A stretch of 64,000 nucleotides of DNA, taken from assembly GCA_040954595.2 (NCBI GenBank), contig CM082595.2, forward strand, positions 1,364,535 through 1,428,534, read 5' to 3'. The notes beneath the pieces are model-generated. The model was given only the letters and a program-made list of their open reading frames with translations. It was not told the origin of the DNA and did no database searches. Made by a program: the position numbers and the translations under genes. The DNA is from Balanoglossus misakiensis (lineage: Eukaryota; Animalia; Hemichordata). Below, in pieces: positions 52,701 through 64,000 of the stretch (positions are counted from its first letter, which is position 1; every line of letters starts with the position of its first letter).

Positions 52701-55700
52701 TTGTCATTTCTGGGTGATTTCATGAGCTATAACCCATGATTTTTCTCGAAAAATCACCAAATTCGAAAATCCGCAAAGTCGAAAAATTGTCATTTCTGGG
52801 TGATTTCATGAGCTATAACCCATGATTTTTCTCGAAAAATCACCAAATTTCGAAAATCCGCAAAGTCGAAAAATTGTCATTTCTGAGTGATTTCATGAAC
52901 TATAACCCATGATTTTTCTCGAAAAATCACCAAATTTCGAAAATCCGCAAAGTCGAAAAATTGTCATTTCTGAGTGATTTCATGAGCTATAACCCATGAT
53001 TTTTCTCGAAAAATCACCAAATTTCGAAAATCCGCAAAGTCGAAAAATTGTCATTTCTGGGTGATTTCATGAGCTATAACCCATGATTTTTCTCGAAAAA
53101 TCACCAAATTTCGAAAATCCGCAAAGTCGAAAAATTGTCATTTCTGGGTGATTTCATGAGCTATAACCCATGATTTTTCTCGAAAAATCACCAAATTTCG
53201 AAAATCCGCAAAGTCGAAAAATTGTCATTTCTGGGTGATTTCATGAGCTATAACCCATGATTTTTCTCGAAAAATCACCAAATTTCGAAAATCCGCAAAG
53301 TCGAAAAATTGTCATTTCTGGGTGATTTCATGAGCTATAACCCATGGTTTTTCTCGAAAAATCACCAAATTTCGAAAATCCGCAAAGTCGAAAAATTGTC
53401 ATTTCTGAGTGATTTCATGAGCTATAACCCATGATTTTTCTCGAAAAATCACCAAATTTCGAAAATCCGCAAAGTCGAAAAATTGTCATTTCTGGGTGAT
53501 TTCATGAGCTATAACCCATGATTTTTCTCGAAAAATCACCAAATTTCGAAAATCCGCAAAGTCGAAAAATTGTCATTTCTGAGTGATTTCATGAGCTATA
53601 ACCCATGATTTTTCTCGAAAAATCACCAAATTTCGAAAATCCGCAAAGTCGAAAAATTGTCATTTCTGGGTGATTTCATGAGCTATAACCCATGATTTTT
53701 CTCGAAAAATCACCAAATTTCGAAAATCCGCAAAGTCGAAAAATTGTCATTTCTGGGTGATTTCATGAGCTATAACCCATGATTTTTCTCGAAAAATCAC
53801 CAAATTTCGAAAATCCGCAAAGTCGAAAAATTGTCATTTCTGAGTGATTTCATGAGCTATAACCCATGATTTTTCTCGAAAAATCACCAAATTTCGAAAA
53901 TCCGCAAAGTCGAAAAATTGTCATTTCTGGGTGATTTCATGAGCTATAACCCATGATTTTTCTCGAAAAATCACCAAATTTCGAAAATCCGCAAAGTCGA
54001 AAAATTGTCATTTCTGGGTGATTTCATGAGCTATAACCCATGATTTTTCTCGAAAAATCACCAAATTTCGAAAATCCGCAAAGTCGAAAAATTGTCATTT
54101 CTGGGTGATTTCATGAGCTATAACCCATGATTTTTCTCGAAAATCACCAAATTTCGAAATCCGCAAAGTCGAAAAATTGTCATTTCTGGGTGATTTCATG
54201 AGCTATAACCCATGGTTTTTCTCGAAAAATCACCAAATTTCGAAAATCCGCAAAGTCGAAAAATTGTCATTTCTGATTGATTTCATGAGCTATAACCCAT
54301 GGTTTTTCTCGAAAAATCACCAAATTTCGAAAATCCGCAAAGTCGAAAAATTGTCATTTCTGATTGATTTCATGAGCTATAACCCATGGTTTTTCTCGAA
54401 AAATCACCAAATTTCGAAAATCCGCAAAGTCGAAAAATTGTCATTTCTGGGTGATTTCATGAGCTATAACCCATGGTTTTTCTCGAAAAATCACCAAATT
54501 TCGAAAATCCGCAAAGTCGAAAAATTGTCATTTCTGAGTGATTTCATGAGCTATAACCCATGATTTTTCTCGAAAAATCACCAAATTTCGAAAATCCGCA
54601 AAGTCGAAAAATTGTCATTTCTGAGTGATTTCATGAGCTATAACCCATGATTTTTCTCGAAAAATCACCAAATTTCGAAAATCCGCAAAGTCGAAAAATT
54701 GTCATTTCTGGGTGATTTCATGAGCTATAACCCATGATTTTTCTCGAAAAATCACCAAATTTCGAAAATCCGCAAAATCGAAAAATTGTCATTTCTGAGT
54801 GATTTCATGAGCTATAACCCATGATTTTTCTCGAAAAATCACCAAATTTCGAAAATCCGCAAAGTCGAAAAATTGTCATTTCTGAGTGATTTCATGAGCT
54901 ATAACCCATGGTTTTTCTCGAAAAATCACCAAATTTCGAAAATCCGCAAAGTCGAAAAATTGTCATTTCTGGGTGATTTCATGAGCTATAACCCATGGTT
55001 TTTCTCAAAAATCACCAAATTTCGAAAATCCGCAAAGTCGAAAAATTGTCATTTCTGAGTGATTTCATGAGCTATAACCCATGATTTTTCTCGAAAAATC
55101 ACCAAATTTCGAAAATCCGCAAAGTCGAAAAATTGTCATTTCTGGGTGATTTCATGAGCTATAACCCATGATTTTTCTCGAAAAATCACCAAATTTCGAA
55201 AATCCGCAAAGTCGAAAAATTGTCATTTCTGGGTGATTTCATGAGCTATAACCCATGATTTTTCTCGAAAAATCACCAAATTTCGGAAAATCCGCAAAGT
55301 CGAAAAATTGTCATTTCTGGGTGATTTCATGAGCTATAACCCATGATTTTTCTCGAAAAATCACCAAATTTTCGAAAATCCGCAAAGTCGAAAAATTGTC
55401 ATTTCTGGGTGATTTCATGAGCTATAACCCATGATTTTTCTCGAAAAATCACCAAATTTCGAAAATCCGCAAAATCGAAAAATTGTCATTTCTGGGTGAT
55501 TTCATGAGCTATAACCCATGATTTTTCTCGAAAAATCACCAAATTTCGAAAATCCGCAAAGTCGAAAAATTGTCATTTCTGGGTGATTTCATGAGCTATA
55601 ACCCATGATTTTTCTCGAAAAATCACCAAATTTCGAAAATCCGCAAAGTCGAAAAATTGTCATTTCTGGGTGATTTCATGAGCTATAACCCATGATTTTT

Positions 55701-58700
55701 CTCGAAAAATCACCAAATTTCGAAAATCCGCAAAGTCGAAAAATTGTCATTTCTGGGTGATTTCATGAGCTATAACCCATGATTTTTCTCGAAAAATCAC
55801 CAAATTTCGAAAATCCGCAAAGTCGAAAAATTGTCATTTCTGGGTGATTTCATGAGCTATACCCATGATTTTTCTCGAAAAATCACCAAATTTCGAAAAT
55901 CCGCAAAGTCGAAAAATTGTCATTTCTGAGTGATTTCATGAGCTATAACCCATGATTTTTCTCGAAAAATCACCAAATTTCGAAAATCCGCAAAGTCGAA
56001 AAATTGTCATTTCTGGGTGATTTCATGAGCTATAACCCATGGTTTTTCTCAAAAAATCACCAAATTTCGAAAATCCGCAAAGTCGAAAAATTGTCATTTC
56101 TGAGTGATTTCATGAGCTATAACCCATGATTTTTCTCGAAAAATCACCAAATTTCGAAAATCCGCAAAGTCGAAAAATTGTCATTTCTGAGTGATTTCAT
56201 GAGCTATAACCCATGATTTTTCTCGAAAAATCACCAAATTTCGAAAATCCGCAAAGTCGAAAAATTGTCATTTCTGGGTGATTTCATGAGCTATAACCCA
56301 TGATTTTTCTCGAAAAATCACCAAATTTCGAAAATCCGCAAAGTCGAAAAATTGTCATTTCTGGGTGATTTCATGAGCTATAACCCATGATTTTTCTCGA
56401 AAAATCACCAAATTTCGAAAATCCGCAAAGTCGAAAAATTGTCATTTCTGGGTGATTTCATGAGCTATAACCCATGATTTTTCTCGAAAAATCACCAAAT
56501 TTCGAAAATCCGCAAAGTCGAAAAATTGTCATTTCTGGGTGATTTCATGAGCTATAACCCATGATTTTTCTCGAAAAATCACCAAATTTCGAAAATCCGC
56601 AAAGTCGAAAAATTGTCATTTCTGGGTGATTTCATGAGCTATAACCCATGATTTTTCTCGAAAAATCACCAAATTTCGAAAATCCGCAAAGTCGAAAAAT
56701 TGTCATTTCTGAGTGATTTCATGAGCTATAACCCATGATTTTTCTCGAAAAATCACCAAATTTCGAAAATCCGCAAAGTCGAAAAATTGTCATTTCTGGG
56801 TGATTTCATGAGCTATAACCCATGATTTTTCTCGAAAATCACCAAATTTCGAAAATCCGCAAAGTCGAAAAATTGTCATTTCTGGGTGATTTCATGAGCT
56901 ATAACCCATGATTTTTCTCGAAAATCACCAAATTTCGAAAATCCGCAAAGTCGAAAAATTGTCATTTCTGGGTGATTTCATGAGCTATAACCCATGATTT
57001 TTCTCGAAAAATCACCAAATTTCGAAAATCCGCAAAGTCGAAAAATTGTCATTTCTGGGTGATTTCATGAGCTATAACCCATGATTTTTCTCGAAAAATC
57101 ACCAAATTCGAAAATCCGCAAAGTCGAAAAATTGTCATTTCTGAGTGATTTCATGAACTATAACCCATGATTTTTCTCGAAAAATCACCAAATTTCGAAA
57201 ATCCGCAAAGTCGAAAAATTGTCATTTCTGAGTGATTTCATGAGCTATAACCCATGATTTTTCTCGAAAAATCACCAAATTTCGAAAATCCGCAAAGTCG
57301 AAAAATTGTCATTTCTGGGTGATTTCATGAGCTATAACCCATGATTTTTCTCGAAAAATCACCAAATTTCGAAAATCCGCAAAGTCGAAAAATTGTCATT
57401 TCTGGGTGATTTCATGAGCTATAACCCATGATTTTTCTCAAAAAAATCACCAAATTTCGAAAATCCGCAAAGTCGAAAAATTGTCATTTCTGAGTGATTT
57501 CATGAGCTATAACCCATGATTTTTCTCGAAAAATCACCAAATTTCGAAAATCCGCAAAGTCGAAAAATTGTCATTTCTGAGTGATTTCATGAGCTATAAC
57601 CCATGATTTTTCTCGAAAAATCACCAAATTTCGAAAATCCGCAAAGTCGAAAAATTGTCATTTCTGGTGATTTCATGAGCTATAACCCATGATTTTTCTC
57701 GAAAAATCACCAAATTTCGAAAATCCGCAAAGTCGAAAAATTGTCATTTCTGGGTGATTTCATGAGCTATAACCCATGATTTTTCTCGAAAAATCACCAA
57801 ATTTCGAAAATCCGCAAAGTCGAAAAATTGTCATTTCTGGGTGATTTCATGAGCTATAACCCATGATTTTTCTCGAAAAATCACCAAATTTCGAAAATCC
57901 GCAAAGTCGAAAAATTGTCATTTCTGGGTGATTTCATGAGCTATAACCCATGATTTTTCTCGAAAAATCACCAAATTTCGAAAATCCGCAAAGTCGAAAA
58001 ATTGTCATTTCTGGGTGATTTCATGAGCTATAACCCATGATTTTTCTCGAAAAATCACCAAATTTCGAAAATCCGCAAAGTCGAAAAATTGTCATTTCTG
58101 GGTGATTTCATGAGCTATAACCCATGATTTTTCTCGAAAAATCACCAAATTTCGAAAATCCGCAAAGTCGAAAAATTGTCATTTCTGGGTGATTTCATGA
58201 GCTATAACCCATGATTTTTCTCGAAAAATCACCAAATTTCGAAAATCCGCAAAGTCGAAAAATTGTCATTTCTGGGTGATTTCATGAGCTATAACCCATG
58301 ATTTTTCTCGAAAAATCACCAAATTTCGAAAATCCGCAAAGTCGAAAAATTGTCATTTCTGAGTGATTCATGAGCTATAACCCATGGTTTTTCTCGAAAA
58401 ATCACCAAATTTCGAAAACGGCAAAGTCGAAAAATTGTCATTTCTGATTGATTTCATGAGCTATAACCCATGGTTTTTCTCGAAAAATCACCAAATTTCG
58501 AAAATCCGCAAAGTCGAAAAATTGTCATTTCTGGGTGATTTCATGAGCTATACCCATGGTTTTTCTCGAAAAATCACCAAATTTCGAAAATCCGCAAAGT
58601 CGAAAAATTGTCATTTCTGGGTGATTTCATGAGCTATAACCCATGATTTTTCTCGAAAAATCACAAAATTTCGAAAATCCGCAAAGTCGAAAAATTGTCA

Positions 58701-61700
58701 TTTCTGGGTGATTTCATGAGCTATAACCCATGATTTTTCTCGAAAAATCACCAAATTTCGAAAATCCGCAAAGTCGAAAAATTGTCATTTCTGGGTGATT
58801 TCATGAGCTATAACCCATGATTTTTCTCGAAAAATCACCAAATTTCGAAAATCCGCAAAGTCGAAAAATTGTCATTTCTGGGTGATTTCATGAGCTATAA
58901 CCCATGATTTTTCTCGAAAAATCACCAAATTTCGAAAATCCGCAAAGTCGAAAAATTGTCATTTCTGGGTGATTTCATGAGCTATAACCCATGATTTTTC
59001 TCGAAAAATCACCAAATTTCGAAAATCCGCAAAGTCGAAAAATTGTCATTTCTGGGTGATTTCATGAGCTATAACCACTCTCATGATTTTCTCGAAAAAT
59101 CACCAAATTTCGAAAATCCCGCAAAGTCGAAAAATTGTCATTTCTGGGTGATTTCATGAGCTATAACACTCTCAAAGATGTGTTCTCTCTGAAAAATCAC
59201 CAAATTTCGAAATCCGCAAAGTCGAAAAATTGTCATTTCTGGGTGATTCATGAGCTATAACCTCTCGAAAAATCACCAAATTTCGAAAATCCGCAAAGTC
59301 GAAAAATTGTCATTTCTGGGTGATTTCATGAGCTATAACCCATGATTTTTCTCGAAAAATCACCAAATTTCGAAAATCCGCAAAGTCGAAAAATTGTCAT
59401 TTCTGGGTGATTTCATGAGCTATAACCCATGATTTTTCTCGAAAAATCACCAAATTTCGAAAATCCGCAAAGTCGAAAAATTGTCATTTCTGGGTGATTT
59501 CATGAGCTATAACCCATGATTTTTCTCGAAAAATCACCAAATTTCGAAAATCCGCAAAGTCGAAAAATTGTCATTTCTGGGTGATTTCATGAGCTATAAC
59601 CCATGATTTTTCTCGAAAAATCACCAAATTTCGAAAATCCGCAAAGTCGAAAAATTGTCATTTCTGAGTGATTTCATGAGCTATAACCCATGGTTTTTCT
59701 CGAAAAATCACCAAATTTCGAAAATCCGCAAAGTCGAAAAATTGTCATTTCTGATTGATTTCATGAGCTATAACCCATGGTTTTTCTCGAAAAATCACCA
59801 AATTTCGAAAATCCGCAAAGTCGAAAAATTGTCATTTCTGGGTGATTTCATGAGCTATAACCCATGGTTTTTCTCGAAAAATCACCAAATTTCGAAAATC
59901 CGCAAAGTCGAAAAATTGTCATTTCTGGGTGATTTCATGAGCTATAACCCATGATTTTTCTCGAAAAATCACCAAAATTTCGAAAATCCGCAAAGTCGAA
60001 AAATTGTCATTTCTGGGTGATTTCATGAGCTATAACCCATGATTTTTCTCGAAAAATCACCAAATTTCGAAAATCCGCAAAGTCGAAAAATTGTCATTTC
60101 TGGGTGATTTCATGAGCTATAACCCATGATTTTTCTCGAAAAATCACCAAATTTCGAAAATCCGCAAAGTCGAAAAATTGTCATTTCTGGGTGATTTCAT
60201 GAGCTATAACCCATGATTTTTCTCGAAAAATCACCAAATTTCGAAAATCCGCAAAGTCGAAAAATTGTCATTTCTGGGTGATTTCATGAGCTATAACCCA
60301 TGATTTTTCTCGAAAAATCACCAAATTTCGAAAATCCGCAAAGTCGAAAAATTGTCATTTCTGAGTGATTTCATGAGCTATAACCCATGATTTTTCTCGA
60401 AAAATCACCAAATTTCGAAAATCCGCAAAGTCGAAAAATTGTCATTTCTGATTGATTTCATGAGCTATAACCCATGGTTTTTCTCGAAAAATCACCAAAT
60501 TTCGAAAATCCGCAAAGTCGAAAAATTGTCATTTCTGGGTGATTTCATGAGCTATAACCCATGGTTTTTCTCGAAAAATCACCAAATTTCGAAAATCCGC
60601 AAAGTCGAAAAATTGTCATTTCTGAGTGATTTCATGAGCTATAACCCATGATTTTTCTCGAAAAATCACCAAATTTCGAAAATCCGCAAAGTCGAAAAAT
60701 TGTCATTTCTGGGTGATTTCATGAGCTATAACCCATGATTTTTCTCGAAAAATCACCAAATTTCGAAAATCCGCAAAGTCGAAAAATTGTCATTTCTGAG
60801 TGATTTCATGAGCTATAACCCATGATTTTTCTCGAAAAATCACCAAATTTCGAAAATCCGCAAAGTCGAAAAATTGTCATTTCTGGGTGATTTCATGAGC
60901 TATAACCCATGATTTTTCTCGAAAAATCACCAAATTTCGAAAATCCGCAAAGTCGAAAAATTGTCATTTCTGGGTGATTTCATGAGCTATAACCCATGAT
61001 TTTTCTCGAAAAATCACCAAATTTCGAAAATCCGCAAAGTCGAAAAATTGTCATTTCTGGGTGATTTCATGAGCTATAACCCATGATTTTTCTCGAAAAA
61101 TCACCAAATTTCGAAAATCCGCAAAGTCGAAAAATTGTCATTTCTGAGTGATTTCATGAGCTATAACCCATGAATTTTCTCGAAAAATCACCAAATTTCA
61201 AAAATCCGCAAAGTCGAAAAATTGTCATTTCTGGGTGATTTCATGAGCTATAACCCATGATTTTTCTCGAAAAATCACCAAATTTCGAAAATCCGCAAAG
61301 TCGAAAAATTGTCATTTCTGAGTGATTTCATGAGCTATAACCCATGATTTTTCTCGAAAAATCACCAAATTTCGAAAATCCGCAAAGTCGAAAAATTGTC
61401 ATTTCTGATTGATTTCATGAGCTATAACCCAAGGTTTTTCTCGAAAAATCACCAAATTTCGAAAATCCGCAAAGTCGAAAAATTGTCATTTCTGGGTGAT
61501 TTCATGAGCTATAACCCATGGTTTTTCTCAAAAAATCACCAAATTTCGAAAATCCGCAAAGTCGAAAAATTGTCATTTCTGAGTGATTTCATGAGCTATA
61601 ACCCATGATTTTTCTCGAAAAATCACCAAATTTCGAAAATCCAAAGTCGAAAAATTGTCATTTCTGGGTGATTTCATGAGCTATAACCCATGATTTTTCT

Positions 61701-64000
61701 CGAAAAATCACCAAATTTCGAAAATCCGCAAAGTCGAAAAATTGTCATTTCTGAGTGATTTCATGAGCTATAACCCATGATTTTTCTCGAAAAATCACCA
61801 AATTTCGAAAATCCGCAAAATCGAAAAATTGTCATTTCTGGGTGATTTCATGAGCTATAAATTGTCATTTCTGAGTGATTTCATGAGCTATAACCCATGA
61901 TTTTTCTCGAAAAATCACCAAATTTCGAAAATCCGCAAAGTCGAAAAATTGTCATTTCTGGGTGATTTCATGAGCTATAACCCATGATTTTTCTCGAAAA
62001 ATCACCAAATTTCGAAAATCCGCAAAGTCGAAAAATTGTCATTTCTGGGTGATTTCATGAGCTATAACCCATGATTTTTCTCGAAAAATCACCAAATTTC
62101 GAAAATCCGCAAAGTCGAAAAATTGTCATTTCTGGGTGATTTCATGAGCTATAACCCATGATTTTTCTCGAAAAATCACCAAATTTCGAAAATCCGCAAA
62201 GTCGAAAAATTGTCATTTCTGGGTGATTTCATGAGCTATAACCCACGATTTTTCTCGAAAAATCACCAAATTTCGAAAATCCGCAAAGTCGAAAAATTGT
62301 CATTTCTGGGTGATTTCATGAGCTATAACCCACGATTTTTCTCGAAAAATCACCAAATTTCGAAAATCCGCAAAGTCGAAAAATTGTCATTTCTGGGTGA
62401 TTTCATGAGCTATAACCCATGGTTTTTCTCAAAAATCACCAAATTTCGAAAATCCGCAAAGTCGAAAAATTGTCATTTCTGAGTGATTTCATGAGCTATA
62501 ACCCATGATTTTTCTCGAAAAATCACCAAATTTCGAAAATCCAAAGTCGAAAAATTGTCATTTCTGGGTGATTTCATGAGCTATAACCCATGATTTTTCT
62601 CGAAAAATCACCAAATTTCGAAAATCCGCAAAGTCGAAAAATTGTCATTTCTGAGTGATTTCATGAGCTATAACCCATGATTTTTCTCGAAAAATCACCA
62701 AATTTCGAAAATCCGCAAAATCGAAAAATTGTCATTTCTGGGTGATTTCATGAGCTATAAATTGTCATTTCTGAGTGATTTCATGAGCTATAACCCATGA
62801 TTTTTCTCGAAAAATCACCAAATTTCGAAAATCCGCAAAGTCGAAAAATTGTCATTTCTGGGTGATTTCATGAGCTATAACCCATGATTTTTCTCGAAAA
62901 ATCACCAAATTTCGAAAATCCGCAAAGTCGAAAAATTGTCATTTCTGGGTGATTTCATGAGCTATAACCCATGATTTTTCTCGAAAAATCACCAAATTTC
63001 GAAAATCCGCAAAGTCGAAAAATTGTCATTTCTGGGTGATTTCATGAGCTATAACCCATGATTTTTCTCGAAAAATCACCAAATTTCGAAAATCCGCAAA
63101 GTCGAAAAATTGTCATTTCTGGGTGATTTCATGAGCTATAACCCACGATTTTTCTCGAAAAATCACCAAATTTCGAAAATCCGCAAAGTCGAAAAATTGT
63201 CATTTCTGGGTGATTTCATGAGCTATAACCCACGATTTTTCTCGAAAAATCACCAAATTTCGAAAATCCGCAAAGTCGAAAAATTGTCATTTCTGAGTGA
63301 TTTCATGAGCTGTAACCCACGATTTTTCTCGAAAATCACCAAATTTCGAAAATCCGCAAAGTCGAAAAATTGTCATTTCTGGGTGATTTCATGAGCTATA
63401 ACCCACGGTTTTTCTCAAAAAATCACCAAATTTCGAAAATCCGCAAAGTCGAAAAATTGTCATTTCTGGGTGATTTCATGAGCTATAACCCATGGTTTTT
63501 CTCGAAAAATCACCAAATTTCGAAAATCCGCAAAGTCGAAAAATTGTCATTTCTGGGTGATTTCATGAGCTATAACCCATGGTTTTTCTCAAAAAATCAC
63601 CAAATTTCGAAAATCCGCAAAGTCGAAAAATTGTCATTTAAGAGTGATTTCATGAGCTATAACCCATGATTTTTCTCGAAAAATCACCAAATTTCGAAAA
63701 TCCGCAAAGTCGAAAAATTGTCATTTCTGAGTGATTTCATGAGCTATAACCCATGATTTTTCTCGAAAAATCACCAAATTTCGAAAATCCGCAAAGTCGA
63801 AAAATTGTCATTTCTGGGTGATTTCATGAGCTATAACCCATGATTTTTCTCGAAAAATCACCAAATTTCGAAAATCCGCAAAGTCGAAAAATTGTCATTT
63901 CTGGGTGATTTCATGAGCTATAACCCATGATTTTTCTCGAAAAATCACCAAATTTCGAAAATCCGCAAAGTCGAAAAATTGTCATTTCTGGGTGATTTCA
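46705..64000. repeat. 87-bp tandem satellite DNA, ~200 copies, continuing beyond the window
   Basis: Consensus TCGAAAATCCGCAAAGTCGAAAAATTGTCATTTCTG(G/A)GTGATTTCATGAGCTATAACCCATG(A/G)TTTTTCTCGAAAAATCACCAAATT. The 87-bp period is confirmed by the 29-aa repeat in the spurious ORFs. Most units differ by only 0-2 substitutions. Confidence 0.98.

Noticed and set aside
46735-63669. Repeated ORFs of the type MSYNPWFFSKNHQISKIRKVEKLSFLGDF
   Set aside because: They arise because the 87-bp monomer is divisible by 3. The majority variant has TGA in that frame and there are no splice or coding signatures.
46705-64000. CRISPR-like array (palindromic repeat)
   Set aside because: There are no unique spacers and no cas genes, and the context is eukaryotic. 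It is a head-to-tail satellite.

Overview
AT-rich, intron-containing animal genomic DNA, probably from a marine invertebrate (the taxon cannot be fixed from sequence alone). I could hand-splice four genes with consistent splice phases. (1) A minus-strand gene encoding a ubiquitin-like domain plus four transmembrane helices, running off the left edge. (2) Head-to-head with it, a complete PRDM9/Meisetz gene: ancestral KRAB, SSXRD, Zn knuckle, PR/SET with all three catalytic tyrosines, and six tandem C2H2 fingers (~580 aa). (3) Convergent with PRDM9, an intact DFFB/CAD caspase-activated DNase (~327 aa). (4) Head-to-head with DFFB, a very large Sfi1-repeat (centrin-binding-type) gene of ~30 exons and up to ~2,900 aa, with a 2.5-kb disordered exon, a GC-AG intron and introns rich in RFX X-box-like motifs. 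From ~46.7 kb to the window end lies a homogeneous 87-bp satellite (~200 copies) with an internal hairpin and a 900-bp higher-order duplication. Several small MITE-like elements sit in introns. The most notable signal is the full-length, apparently catalytically intact invertebrate PRDM9 with a partly homogenised finger array and a compact shared promoter carrying CDE-CHR, CRE and X-box motifs.
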